Below are positions 38,612 to 52,429 of a DNA stretch of 64,000 nt, in pieces. The stretch is from Hyphochytrium catenoides (lineage: Eukaryota; Protista; Hyphochytriomycota): assembly GCA_900088475.1 (NCBI GenBank), contig FLMG01003321.1, forward strand, positions 32,160-96,159, given 5' to 3'. The stretch's first letter is position 1. Every line of letters begins with the position of its first letter. The position numbers and the translations under genes are program-made. The notes below the pieces were generated by a model. That model was given only the letters and a program-made list of their open reading frames with translations. It searched no databases and had not been told where the DNA came from.

Positions 38612-40682
38612 CTATAAGCTAGGAGCCTCGGTCAGGTCTTCAGACTGGCTCGTTGTTGTTTTCTCTGCTGTTTCAATGAGCCTTTGACCCACGCGAACTG
38701 GCTCGCCTATCAAATCAGCCGTCTCTAAGATCTTCGAAGGGTTTATAGCGCGCATTAGTTTAACAGATCTTTCCGCCTCTTCCACCTCTCTTCTCATCTT
38801 CTCCCTTTGTTGAAGGAGCTTCTCTCGCAAGAGATTGCGCCGTTTCTTCAGTTAGTGCCGAGAACAAAGGAGGGAAAGCACGGGTGCAGAGTGGAAATTG
38901 CAAAATGAGCTTTTAGTTATGGAGACAGAAGGGAGGTGCCGTCATGTACGGTTGATAAATGAGATGCCACAGCTAGTCATATTCCAAGTGGCATCCACAA
39001 GGGGAGAACACGGGGTAGACGTTAAAAAAAGGGATAAAAATCAGCTGGAGCTGTCCTTGCAAAAGGAGCATGCCATGGTAACAGAAGTTAGAGACAGGAT
39101 CAAGAAAGAAGCACCTCCAAGTTATAGATTGTTCACTTACAGCATAGTGCGACTCTTTGGCTAGAATTCCATGCAAAACCGCCCGAGCCCCATGAGCTAC
39201 TCGCGCAACGTGCCACAGACATAGCGATGAAAAGAAAGGTTGAGGGGAAGGAGCATGTTAGCGCAGCAAGGGTCGGGAGATGAAGAGAAAGGGAGGCATG
39301 AGACCTTAAAGTTAGAGGCTAACCCAGGGAAGAAAAGAGCAGTAGCTGAAGAAGGAACCGCAAAGACGCTGGGTCGAGAGCAGCAACAGGGACTTCGAGA
39401 AGAAGGAGCGAAGGGAGTTAAGGCGGTTCAAACTACCAAAAGAAGAATGAGAGCGGGTATAGGTTCAGCCTGAGTGCTATGGGTCTTACTTTCTTCCTGT
39501 ATATCAGCAGTAGCTTCCTCGATAGCAGCCTTTGTCTCTCCCTGACTCTCTTGAGGATGCTCCAACTCTGAGGCCGCCAACTTCTCCAAGTGCCAGAAGT
39601 TCATCGGAGACCTTCCGAAGGAAGAAGACGAGAGACCACCAGCGCCCAACAGCTAAAAGAGCGGTAGAGTGAGCGGACTTGGCGTCACAGAAAGCGAGAC
39701 TAAGCGCAAAAGGAGAAGGACTCTGACGAAACGCGAGGAAAGAGTGAGATATGCTGCCCGAGGGAGAAACAGTGGCTCAAAATGGTGAGGCGCCATCTTT
39801 TCACCCGTTCTATGTAAATTACCTGAGAGACCTCTCGAAGATGATCGTTATTAGCCTTCCTCTACACACAAGCAGCATATGGAATGTGAGCGAACGGGGT
39901 TCCAGTCACGATCAACGACATGGAGAGGAAGTGCTTGTAGCAAACAGAGCTGAAGGCGTCACGCAGAAAGGAAGGCCACAAGAGAAATGGCGTAAGGTGG
40001 AGCAATTGAGAAGCCAGGCGCCAAATATGGCTGCAGAACTTCATCATGTGCTCAGCTTACATCAATCGCCCTGGCAAGCGCCTCACTGTCTGCCATGACT
40101 TCATCCGCATGGCCAAAGGTAAGCTTCAAGAGCCGAGCGATTGCGTCTCCCGTCCGTAGCTCATTAGTTGTCATCTCTCGCCTCCTCGTTTGATCTACCT
40201 CGGCAACACCTTCCTAGTCCTTGTAGCCCGTCTTGTTGCCTCACGTACCACGTACAGCCAAAGGATGCAGAGACAAGCAATCGAGAATAGGAGAAAGTAC
40301 AGACAGAGTTGCACATATACGAGGAAGGGGAAAGAGAGAGAGAGAAGAAATGATATATATAGAGAGAATAAAGAACGGAGAAAGAGAAGAGCGGAAGAAG
40401 AGGAAGAGGAGTGATCGAAGAGAGAAGATCCCTGACGCTACACAGGGCCCTTAACGCCAGAGCTAAGAATCAGAAGCCCGAGAGACCAAGAGAGGCCATG
40501 TAGAGTGAAAGCGATGAATGTAGGAGACTGTCTGGGTCGGTCAAGAGTAGACCAGCGCTCAGGAACCGCGTCAAACCTCTAGTGAGGAGCACCATTGAGA
40601 AGCTTGGGCCTGGCCAAGGCCGCAGCAGCAGCAGCAGCAGCAATGAGAGGACAGAAGAGTCAGATTTTGGTTCCCGACTCAT
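38612..40682 (-). CDS. Hypothetical multi-exon protein with C-terminal coiled coil (start uncertain)
   Basis: Exon-like segments with splice signals: EGVAEVDQTRRREMTTNELRTGDAIARLLKLTFGHADEVMAD, RRLITIIFERSL, GAGGLSSSSFGRSPMNFWHLEKL.., and KRRNLLREKLLQQREKMRREVEEAERSVKLMRAINP. No family recognised. Confidence 0.45.
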
Positions 40683-41165
40683 GGGAATAACTAATCTATG
40701 GGGATCACCTTGAGAGGAGATTCAGTAGATTTATCAATTCCCATGCTAATGCCCCCCTCACTTTCGTCTAGCAATCGCACTCCCCTCACTCCTCTTCAGC
40801 TCTCTTGCTCCCTTCCCCTTCCTCTCTGCTCCTTCATCAGCGCGCTCTCGTCCCGTCGTCTCTTCCCAATCTTCCGCATCTCCCTGCTTTCTCTCCTCTC
40901 TCCTTCCTAGTCTACTATCTTCCTGTGCACTCACTCCTCTCTTCGAAGGCTTCGCATCTCCTTTGTCTCTGTGTGCGCCAGTTGGACATGCTTCCCCTAC
41001 CCCTTCTCTCTTCTCAGTCCTCGCTTCTCCAAACTACTCGAGGTGAACACTGGGTCTGACGTTCAGAACGCTACTTTTGTATCATACAAGCTCATGTGCC
41101 TTCACTGCCTTCTTACCCCCTGGTCCTAACGTATCAGGCACAACGCTTGATGACAGAGGAGAAAG

Positions 41166-43452
41166 ATGGCACCAGCCAAGAGGCCAAACGTAGATGTGGC
41201 AGCAGGTGAGAACCTTACGGTTGCCGGAAATGGGACGAGGGACCGTCATACGCGGATGAAGAAGAGCAAACAGGATGAACAGGAAGTACAAGGCACGACT
41301 CAAAAAGCAGCGAAAAGGGCAAAGCCTGAAGAGGCATCTGTAGCTCGTGAAGCGGTTCTAGAGCTGCTCCGGGCTTCCGCTCTTCAACTGCTTGTTGAAA
41401 CAGGATTATCTTGTCTCTCTGACAGAGTTCATCAAGTGCTAAGGTTCCTCAGCTCCTCGCTATTCTCCTAGCGTAAGCTTATCACTCGGCTGTGCTTCTG
41501 GCTCCGCTCACTTACAATCACACGAGTTCCTCATTGCATGCAGCTGTTCATCCTCCCGTTGCATCACTCCCCGCTGACTCCTCCTTTAGTCTTAACCTCT
41601 CTCCGTTAACCTCTTCTTCCCTCATCCTTCACAGAGTGACAAATGTACGCGGCCGTCTAGATATCTTTCGCTCCGATCTGCCTCTTCGGCTGACCCATCA
41701 GCTTCTGAAGGGCAACATGACTCCAAAGACAGCAGCACAGGTCAGTCAGTCCATGTTTCCTAAACTGGTCGCCCACCTTTCTCTCAGTTCGCATATCCCC
41801 CCTCTCTCAGTCTGCCACGTGTGGATCGCCTCTCTTCACTACGTCTGGGAAGAAGTGAATGTCCCTTGTTCAGTCCTTCACTGTCGCTCTTTTTCCCCCA
41901 TATCTGGAGGTCTATGAGATCATCCTTGAGTTTGCTCTGTCTGGAAATCCGTATTCCTTTTTATGTATTCCCTGCCCATCTTAGGACCTTTTAAGGATAG
42001 CTCAGAAGTTTGTCTTGCCGATCTCAAGTAGTGATGGGACGGCAGCCCCAAGGGCCACGGGGTCTGGAGGAACCCGGGAAGAAGTGGTGGATGGTCCTGG
42101 TCCGCTTTTCCTTTCTGGTTCCCCTTCGTATAGCTGTCTAGAAAGACTTGCAGATTATGTAAAGCTGATAGAGGTGAATGAGAAGCTAAATCTTGTCATT
42201 CATACGACGGCGGCAGATCTAAGATCAGAAGCACGACATTTGGGCGCAAGAGGACTAGATGGACAGCGCCCCTTGCCCTCTCTTGAAGTCCTGTACCAAG
42301 ACAACGAGCTTATAGTGGTCAACAAGCCTCCAGGAATCAACTCTGTCCCAGGTGAGGATGCTTGATATATACCTTTGCACTTGCAGTCCAACCGTGTCAT
42401 CTAGGTAGCCATGTATGCAACATCTCTCTTAACCTTATCGGCCATCTATCCAGCCATAGTTCGCTTCTGACTTGCAACCATCTGTCTTTCTTTCAGCCGG
42501 ATCTTTTCTCTCTCAGTCCGTCTCCCGCATCCACTCAGCTTGCTTATTCACGATCTTCATCTCAACCTTCTCTTCTTTTGCTCTGTTTCAGGGTGCAATG
42601 AGCCCACTTCTATGCTAGAACAGCTGCAGGCATTGTTCCCTGTAGCCAGGGCTGTGCATAGGTTAGACAAGGAAACTTCAGTAAGCAGCTACTCTCCATT
42701 TCCGTGCGGCTTGCTGTCTTGCATTTAAACATTGATCATGGAATCTCCCTTCACCTGTTTGGCTAAGTTATTTGTGTCTCTAACGTCTCCAGCCCATTTA
42801 TCATGTGTGTGTCCTAAGCAAGTTGCCTTCACTTTAACTACAAGGTTCTTACTGCCTCCCTTTCTACCTAAATCAGGGCGCCCTCATCTTCGCCCTGGAC
42901 TTAGCATCAGCCCGCGACCTCAATCGCCAATTCCAGGAACGGAGAGTGAAGAAGATATACCTAGCAATATGCTCGGGCCATATAAGTAAAGAGGAAGAGA
43001 ACGGATACGTCTCTCTCCCACTGGCACCTGACTTGCAAGATCGTCCGCGGCAGGTAGTCTCACATTCGAAGGGAAAGCCGGCTCAGACTGAGTATGAAAC
43101 ACTACGCCGGGGATACTGGAAGGACGAGAGACTCTGCAAAGAAGGAAGCCGCAGCGGTGCCGAGACCATTAACAGAAAAGACAGTGCAAAGGAGCTGGAA
43201 GAAAAGGTTGCTGTCTCGATAGTCAAACTGTTCCCTCTTACGGGGCGCACCCATCAGCTGAGGGTGCACATGAGTGCCAAAGGACATCCAATTCTCGGCG
43301 ACACTCTATATGCCCCCAGTTCGGACCAACTTGTTAGCTCTCGCCTTCTCCTTCACTCTCATTCCATCTCCTTCCAGCATCCTAGCACCAGGGAAGAGCT
43401 AGAGATTGTAGCACCCTGTCCGTTTCTTGGAGAATGCAGCAAAAGTCCATAG
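41166..43452 (+). CDS. RluA-family pseudouridine synthase with N-terminal extension (5 exons)
   Basis: EVLYQDNELIVVNKPPGINSVPG|..VHRLDKETS|GALIFA..RQFQERRVKKIYLA..PLAPDLQDRPRQVV..GKPAQTEYE..LFPLTGRTHQLRVHMSAKGHPILGDTLY..RLLLHSHSISFQHP. The catalytic Asp lies in HRLD. Confidence 0.93.
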
Positions 43453-43528
43453 ACTGACAGAACGCTCCTGCCACAAGGAAAGTACCCGTTGCGGTCTCTC
43501 CATCCTTTGGCAAGAAATTTGAGATTCG

Positions 43529-46500
43529 CTATCTGCGAGGAGAGGAGCGAACGGCGTTCAGCCCTCCTCCTGCAGCTGTGGGGCGATGAGGATGATGAAT
43601 GGAGAGGATCTTGTCTCGCTGGAAGCCCTTTACAGTCAATAAAGGTCCAGAAGTCTGAGGCAGGGCTGAAGCGTTCTTTCCTTCTGTTGACCTCAACTTA
43701 ACCGGCAGCTCAACCTGGTTAGACGTGGCTAGCACCCTTTTGGCCTTGACAAGCTTCTGTGCAGAGCCGCAGGCTATGGGCACGGCATCAGTCAAGGACA
43801 CTGGTATACCAGTCTTCCGGCTGCTTTTATTCTTCCGTCTGGTTCCTTGTAGCACTTTGGGATGTAAAGAGGAAGAGACGGCAGCCTCTATGGCACTATC
43901 ATCGCATTCTGGGCTCTTGGTCTCGACTACTGGTTGGAGTCCACTGCGCAAGTTGAGAGAGACAAGCAGCAAAGGCCAACGAAGGTGTAAGATGAACAGC
44001 AGAGGACTATCCTATCAAAATCGTAATAGGGACGGTAAGGGCTCGGACTTACCTGCTCTTGACCGCCGTCCTCTCATTCTCGTGATTATCTCTTCCTCCA
44101 TGGTCTCCGTTCAGACCTATGTCTTCGACGAGCCCGGAGGAGCCGTCTAAGTCGTAAGCCGCAGCGACAGTAGCCGTTTTTAGGTTCTGAGAGACAGCAC
44201 TATGATGCGTAACGTTTCTACCTGACTTGTGCTCTAGCTGCGCGTGTCCTTGCCCTCTCTCTAACGGGAAATTGGTGCCTGCTCTTATGTGCTCTAGCAT
44301 CTTTAACTCCTGGCACGCCTGTGAGTGGCTCTCCCTATCATTGCAGAGCACCACGTTAAGGCAGAGATCACACTTATAACGCTGCCGTTCAGGGTGCCTC
44401 TGGCACTGCAGTGAGTGCATTAGATAGTTACTCTCTGCGATGTCCAGTAGGCAGAGAGGACAACGCACAGCTTCTCCCTGAAGGTTTCCCTTGTCGACTC
44501 CCTGCTCTCCCTTCCCCTTGGGAAGCTCACCTACTTTAACTCCTTGAGAAGCGCCTCTCTCTCCTGTGGACACAGTGGGAGTCGAGGAGGGAGGCGAGCG
44601 AGCGGTAGAGGATAATGGGCCGGAAAAGACACCGCCATTGCCTTCTTTGATCTGTTTAGTCCCTTGTTTGCGCTGACATGAAAGCGTGTGAAGAGAGAGG
44701 TTCTGTGAAGGCACTTTCACCCCACAAAGTTGGCAAGGGGAATGGGCAAGGCCTACTGGTAGCGTTGAAGAGGAGGAGATTTGGTTTTCCGAAACAGCAG
44801 AGGGCTGGGAACCTCGCCGCCCCACATTTAGAGTAGACGCCTCAGGGGAAGCAAAGGGACGAACAAGGCGCGAGAGAGAACTCGATCGAGGTCGATAGGT
44901 TGAGGGGATGACAGGCTTTACTTGGTGTTCTGGATTTCTCCCTGGCTCCTCTTTCTCCGGCCCTTTCTCGTTACCTATCCAGTGAAAATCAATCCATTAT
45001 CCTATGACTTAGCAAGGCAACTGGCAAGAGATTCAAACAAGCGAGAGGCCATCCAGCCCTCGACGCACCTTGCTGGACAGGAAGCGTTGAGCTTACGACC
45101 TTAGGACTTATTGCCATTGAGCTTTCCATGGAGCATGCAAATGGATCAAAGATTAGTTACAGGAATCAGATAGAGAAGATTGTTGAAAAGAACATGGAAT
45201 GGTGACGGACTAACCGAGACATTTTCTCACTGTCTTCAATAGAGCCTGCGTTCGTTGCTGGAGACTACGAAGTGACGGAGAAGGAAGAATGCGGGAGCGA
45301 GGAAAGAAGCGTGAGAAACAAGGAACCGGGAACGGCTCTGTAAGTAGAAGTACCGCACCTTAGCCCCGGTTTCCTCTTGATCATGGCAGACAAAATGTAC
45401 TTCCAAATCGACGTCTCCCAAGAGAGACACAGCAGAAGTCGGCGAGAGCTCTCTGACTTGCAGGGAATGACTGAGGAAATGGACCCAGTTTGATTACTTG
45501 ATGTGGAAGGGAGATGACAGATAAGATAAGCGCTAGGACGTGATCAGGCATCAGACATATCCCGCCAGAACCAAGGTCATTCAAATCAGGCTAGAATGTC
45601 TGATGCAGACCTGACTCCCTCGTGAGCGATAGAAAACCTCTCGCTTATGCTGAGTGCCGAGTAGTGCTTCATAGCGGACTCTAAGATGTACTCCGGCCCC
45701 AGAGTGGAAAGTACGCCGAGCAACTCTTTCCCGCAATCGAGGGTCACTGACTCTCCAGGAGGAAGCTTGACATAGCAGCATACATTAATGAGAGGAAATA
45801 AGCATCGGAGCTCAGTGTCTAGGAAGGGGATTAGCACGAACGAATGGATACTGATAAAGCCTCATTGACGTAGCAGAGGACCACAACTGTAAGCTAGCTC
45901 ATCGCTAGTGCCTTCCTTACGTTAGAGACGGACTTCAGCGTCACACTACCACCCTCCTCAAGCTGCAGGGCTTGCATCATCCAGTACGGAAGGAAAGCCT
46001 AAGAGATGTACGACATAGTATGGGAGGAATATGGATTATGAGGACTGCATTATAGACAGGAAGTTAGACCGAAAGAGAACTTTGTGCAGCTGGTAGAGCC
46101 AACAAGCAAGACCAGAGTAATAGAGATTCGTGAGATCACCTGCCCAGCAGGAGCGGTGAACTCCATTACACTGCAATATTGCTTGTAAGGTGCCACAGCG
46201 CAGTCGGACTGTGTACAAGAGCCCAATTAGTTTTAAGGAACACCGAGGACAGCGAGGAGAGACAATATGTCAATTAGAAAAGTTAGTCTTTCTGAATGGC
46301 CGCGTTTTGTCTTACCTGTTGCCGAGACACTTCAAACATGAGGGGAAAAGGGAGGTTAAAGGCTTCTACCCGGAATAGGGCCTCCTGCAGCGAGAAGTCG
46401 TGAAGGTTAGGTCTAGACGTGATAGGAAACTGGAAGAGAGACAGCCAAAGGGCTGGTTGGGCGGACCAGCACACGGAAAGCAACATGCAAATAAGACACC

Positions 46501-47067
46501 GGGAGGGAAGCGTAGAATGCAAATGTCTTAGTATCGGAGACGTGAACCCATTTACCTGAGGTAATATAACTTTATCCCCGTACTCAAGGTCAGGCTTATC
46601 TACGAATAAAAGAAGAGAAAGGCTCATTCGGTAAGAGTGACGACAAGAACAGGCGAATGGCCAGGTAGAGAGTGCAATTGAAGAGGTACAGGGACATTAG
46701 AAAGGATGGGACAGGAAGTATAGTCGTAGAGACTCAGGTAAGGGACTGACAGGTCACTCCCAACCAGGGAAACTCCTAAGGCAGGAATATTGAGAATAGG
46801 AAAAGCAGTAGAAGAAGCAACTGAGAAGAAATAGCACACTGACAGAGAGCGATAGAATACTTTAGCGCAAGCAGCAGTACCGCTACAAGCCATAGAGTAG
46901 CAGACAAAGTCTGCCACAAAGGAGCCGGTGGACTTTGGAACGGGTCTTGAAGTGACATCTGAGGTCGATGAGGAGCCCCTCCTCCTCGGTAAGACTGGCG
47001 AGGCGCGGGTCGCCTTATATCGGCACTTCTTCTGGCCATAATGGGCACCCTTTGACCTCTCCTGCAT
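43529..47067 (-). CDS. UFD1-like (UT3 domain) protein with C-terminal C2HC/TRAF-type zinc fingers (multi-exon)
   Basis: FVADFVCYSMA|FVDKPDLEYGDKVILPQ|EALFRVEAFNLPFPLMFEV..QYCSVMEFTAPAGQ|AFLPYWMMQALQLEEGG..LESAMKHYSALS. Fingers: CQLC..NLSLHTLSC, CPLC..NYLMHSLQC, CDLC..DRESHSQAC. Confidence 0.85.
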
Positions 47068-48796
47068 CTTGGGTAGCTTTTCTCCCGGTCTCTGTCTAAC
47101 GTTCCTTTTTAGCGCAATGGATGGTAACGGTTCGGTTGTCTAGGTGGGCGCTCACACTCTCCCGGTCGAGGGGGATCCCAGCCCGTCAAATTTAAGCCGG
47201 TCGGCCCAAGACACTTCGAAACTTGCCGTCCAATCACTTCTTGCTGTTGGCGGCTGGTTCCTTAGATTGTGCACCGCTCTATTGCCTTAACTTTAATAAA
47301 ATAATGAACCGAAATGCCCCCACACGATACCCTGCTAGATCAGTCATAATTTGTGGTGAGACACGGAGTTCTTGACCAGCTTCAGGAGCCGGCAGCGATC
47401 CTGAGACGCATATGTAGAGCTTCGGACCGAACCATATGCTCTTTTGTGGATAAATATGGGGGGCAATGGAGGGAATAGAAGATCAGTATTGCGCGGGGAC
47501 GTACTCTCCGCCTTTCGCTGCTAATGAATCATTTTCCTAGTTAAACAGCCTCTTAGGGGCATCCCTTTTCCTCTATCCAGGTCCTTAGGGTCCTTATAGT
47601 AACATCCCTCTGCTTTCTTTCTCAACCCTCTTCAGTCTTCCTCTTTCTTTGGTTCCTCCCCAACCCAAGTAGCCCTTCGACACCTCGTTCCACTCCTTTC
47701 TCCTCGCTGTCCAACGTCTCCCAATCCTCGTCCTGCTGCACTCAGGTTCCTTATCTCCGTGGCGTGCAGGCAGCAAAGTGCTTTCAACCTCCTCAATGCC
47801 CTGGATCTTAGATGATGCCCCTGGGACCGTCCTCCTCCTCCTCCACCTGCCTCGTTCCTTACTTGCTATCATCGAAGATGGGAACCTCCAAAGGCACTTG
47901 GGGCCCGGCCTCTTCCTTCCTCTTCTGCCTCTTCCTATTTTTGGCATGATGGAAACATTCCATACAGGAACATTCTCCTTTAAGTTTCATAGGTTAATAT
48001 TTATGGAAAGCTATTAGAACATTCATAGGGGAAGCTTTCAGCTGGTCATCTCCCCATCTCTCAACAGCCAATCAGAGCACAGAATGGGAAGTGGAAAGAT
48101 TCAATGACACATAACCTCGGTAAAGGTTTCACTCTTATGTCATTATCACTGTACTAATGCCTATCACAAGCGAAAGCTTGAGATATTGAAATGTTTCATT
48201 TGGTTTGAAATGATGACTTGATGATGGGGCCGATGAGCTGATGCGATGCGCCCGAGCGGGGCGAGGACGGCTTTGTGTTGTCTCTTCACCTGTCTCCCAC
48301 CTTCACCTTCACCTTCACCTTCCATTGCGCATCAACCAGGCACCAGGACCCATGTCTCTTCTCTTTCCCATGTCTCTGTCAACCTCGTTCTTTGGTTATC
48401 GCTCCCCTTGCTCCTTCATGCTTTCTTCTCTCTTTCCTATCTGACGTGTCTCTCTTGCTCGCTCGCAGCAGCAGTGCCGCGGGAAGAGCCAAGAGATCAG
48501 CAGGAAGCCTCGATAGGAACTTGAGCCCATCACCTTTTGACATGATGAGGCGGTAGAGGGAAGACAGCGTGATAAGTTTTACGCCAAGCTCTTTCACCAC
48601 TCGTCTCGCACCTTTATCTTTGATTGCTAACAGCACCATTTCTCCATAATGACAACGGAATAGGTTTCTCCCTAATCTTGACAGACAACAGAGTGTAGAG
48701 CTTCAGACAGCTAAAGGAATCAAGGAAAGTAAAAGAGGTGAAGTTTGAGAAAAGCTGATTTATCGGCAAGGAGGTGTCCTTTTCCTTAGCACCATC

Positions 48797-51700
48797 ATGT
48801 CCGGAAGCACAGCTGTTCTGCAGCCTCTTGCAGATGTCACACACGATCAGGTGCGTCAAAGAGACGGGCGAGGGTGAATGTAGCTCACATAGGGAGGGAG
48901 GTAGGCAACTATGGCGAGGGTCCTCTCATATGGACAGAAACGCTATTCTGCACCAAAGCGCGAGAGAGGAAGAGAGATAGCTATTAAGGATAAGCAAGAA
49001 CGCCTGTCCTCACTGGCCTTGAATACAGGCAAAGCTCAAATCAAGAATTCTTGAGATACAACGGGACAAAAATCTCTCTGCTGCGGAAAAAGCGAAAGCC
49101 GTTCAGCAGCTAATGACCATTCAGTACAGAGCGCAAGTAGAGAAGGAGACAGAGGTTAGAAGGCAAGAGGTTACACAAGAGGAACTGAAGGCCCTAAAGC
49201 CATGTTTTCATGTACGAAAGCGCGCTAACACCTCTTGTTGTCCTTGTCTTTCATCCTGTCCCGCTTTCTCTGTGCCTCTTTCCTTTCTCCGCCGATTCTT
49301 ACTCTTTTTCTCTCTGTCTGCATTTTACATTTCTTACGCCCTCCTCTTGCCTCCTCTTTTAATGATCTCCAGACTTCCTAGCCTAGTGTCACTTGCAGAC
49401 TTTTGAGCCACTGATGCTTATCTTTTCTTGGTACCGTCTGAAGATGTGTGTCATTTTTCCTCTCAAATCACTCATACTCCTAAGCTTTCTAATCGCTCCT
49501 CCTTGTGGACCTCTCCTGGTCTTGTTAGGATGAAGAAAAGAATATCCTAGGTTGTAAACATTATAGAAGAAGCAACAAAATGCAGGCCAAATGCTGCGGA
49601 CAGTTTGTTGTCTGCAGGTTCTGCCACGGTACGGTGAAAGCCATGTACTGCTTCCTCCTCTACTCTACAGACCTCATATAGGTTTCTCTCAGTGTGCTTT
49701 CCTTCTATCTTCTATCGGACACACTCCTCCAGGGTCAACCTCTATTTTCCCATCCACCTTTTCTGCCATGTCCTTTCTCCTGATCTCCCTCCTTTTCTTG
49801 CAGACGAGAAATTCGATCATCCTATAAATCGGTACGCCACGGAGACGATATCCTGCATGAAGTGCTTCACAGTGCAGGTCAGTGAGCTCTTCCTTTATGG
49901 CTTTCACTCTTGGTTCCCTTCTCTTTCACACTCTCTCTCATAACTAGCCACCAATGCTGGTGAAAAACTAATCGCAGCTGTTTTCTTCTAGCCTGTGTCA
50001 AACAAATGCATCAACAACTCCTGCGGGGTACAGTTTGCCAAATACTTCTGCAATATATGTAAGTGACATTTCAGGTCGTTGTTCAGGGCCAGCTTCGTCA
50101 CTCTTGCCCTCTTTTTATTGCATCCCATCTCCCATCTCTATCTCCCAACAGTGCTATTCTAAGTTCTTTCGTCTATGTCCTAGGTAAATTTTGGGACGAT
50201 GACCCAAGCAAGGATATCTATCACTGTCACAAATGCAACATCTGTCGGATCGGGAAGGGGTTAGGAATTGATTATTTCCACTGCGACCGCTGCAACGCCT
50301 GCATGAGTATTAGTCTAAAGGTAGAAAGTTCTACGAAGCATATTCTCTCGTCTCCGCTGATACTTTTGGTCGCAATCCTTGCAACTGATAGTCCCTCTGC
50401 TTAATTCTTCCTTTCGTAACCTTGTTTGCACTTCCCCCTCGCCATTCTTGGGCTGACTTCATTCTCTCTTGATTCTTCATCTTTCCTTCTCTGCCTCTGT
50501 CTGCACGCCTTAGGATGACCATAAGTGTGTGGAGCGGTCCTTAGAATCAAACTGCCCCATCTGCAGTGAGTACATGTTCACCTCGACCACTCCGGTCATG
50601 TTCCTTCCCTGCGGTCATTGTATGCACGTGGCCTGTTACGAAGAGTATACAATGGTAATGGACGGACTGCGTCTTGTAGACGTAACTTAACTGTCCTTCT
50701 CATGACGCCACCTGTTCAAGTTCAGCTTCTTCCTATGAATGGACTGGTACATACGCTACCTTTCAGAAGGGTCCCCTTCTAATCGCTTTACCATTCCCTT
50801 TGCCATGTGGCCCTTAGGAGTTCTGTTTTCTCATCTCTTTATCTAAGGTCCCTAAAGGCGCTGTAGCACTATTCTGACCTACATCTCAATCGTTTGCGCT
50901 CTTCGATGTCCCTCAGAGTAACTACACGTGTCCAATATGTTGCAAGTCGTTAGGGGATATGACTTCATACTTCCAGCGAATAGATGATCTGCTCTTGACG
51001 GTAAGTAAGCTCTAAAAAGGGGAGACAGATTTAAGGAAGAGACCACAGAAGGGGACTGAGGAGGAAACAGAGAGAGGACGTTCTTGCGACGGTTGGTATT
51101 CTGACGCTCGACTCATCCGCTGCAATATTTTTCTGGCTTTCTTAGGAGTCTCTCCCGCCAGAGTACGAGGATTGGGTCAGCGATATCACTTGTTGCGACT
51201 GTGACCATAGATCGACCACACTCTTCCACTTCGTCTATCATAAGGTACGCTACTGGGAACTTGATAGTGAACCTAACTTCTACAGCTTTTGTCGCCTTGA
51301 AAGCCTTTCCATTTTGACTCCTCCTGCTCGACTTCGCTTTCCCATTGCCCGTGGCTGGCCTTGCCGTCTCGGGCACAATGTCACAGTGTTTTAGCCCTGC
51401 ATTATGGCCGGGTTTCTTTACCAGCTAAAATATTGAAACCCTACTCCTTCCCCCACGGCTTTTAAGTCTTGCCACTTGTTTAGTCACATTGCGTCTCTCG
51501 CCCACCGTCTCTAACCCTTCTTCGCCTCTTCCCTATCTCTAGTGTACCCATTGTATGTCCTATAATACGAAGCTCATAAGAAGCTATCGGTCGTTGGACG
51601 AGAAGCTTTTATCAGAGCTCAAGGCGATGCTCAGAAGACCGAGAGAGAGAGACGAAGACGATGGAGCAGAGAACCAGCAGGAACTTTTCGACCTCGAGAT

Positions 51701-51827
51701 AGATGAAGAAAATAGCACTAGAAGATCCTCCAGCGATAGTGGAGCGGACTTGGAATTCGAGGATGCCATGGAATGTGACGAGGAGGAGAGGGAAGGGGCC
51801 GGAGACGGGATAACTGACTATGAGTAA
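48797..51827 (+). CDS. RCHY1: RING finger and CHY zinc finger E3 ubiquitin ligase (PIRH2-like), ~11 exons
   Basis: LGCKHYRR..CCGQFVVCRFCH|DEKFDH..SCMKC..AKYFCNIC|KFWDDDPSKDIYHCHKCNICRIGKGLGIDYFHCDRCNAC..HKCVERSLESNCPICSEYMFTS..LPCGHCMHVAC..YTCPICCKSLGDM..CCDC..FHFVYHK|CTHCMSYNT, followed by an acidic tail. Confidence 0.95.
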
Positions 51828-51837
51828 ACCCAAATGT

Positions 51838-51903
51838 NNNNNNNNNNNNNNNNNNNNNNNNNNNNNNNNNNNNNNNNNNNNNNNNNNNNNNNNNNNNNNN
51901 NNN
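51838..51903. other. Assembly gap (66 N)
   Basis: Run of n characters. Confidence 1.
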
Positions 51904-52429
51904 ACTCGCTATTTCTGCTGTTCTCTCATTCCAAGTTCTAGAGCTTCACCTTGATGTGTTGGTGAGGGTCTGATGGTGAGTAGGTTCTCTCTCTTTGTGC
52001 TGGGAGGCCCTCACACTTAGACAGACGTGCCTAGGCGGCGAGGAACATGAGGTCCCAACATATATAATTAGATAAAAAGATAAAAGGAGAGTGCAGGTGT
52101 TTGTACGGTTAGACTGTGATCCCGTCTTGTTGCCTGAGTGGCCACAAGCAAGCGTCAACACAACGTGGAATGGACAGATAGACTGTACTCATATTAGAGA
52201 ATAACTTAATAGTAGCACCCTTGTAAACAGTCGAGAAGTAACAGCGAAGTCTTTGCTTATCTTTACCCCTTTCTCCCAGAGACTGAAAGGGCACATTGGT
52301 ACTTCCACGTATAGGGCAATGTTGACAGAAGGAATGATGGGTGTCAAAGACAGCTTGAGAAGAAAATATAAGCGTGACAAGAACGTCCAAGGGATAATGA
52401 GCGGTCCATTGCAGGTGAGACTAAGAAGA

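Noticed and set aside
4313-51542. Introner-like repeated introns or non-canonical splice sites
   Set aside because: The introns I could resolve are GT-AG, often with CTRAC-like branch points, and show no mutual similarity by eye. An all-vs-all alignment would be needed to exclude this fully.
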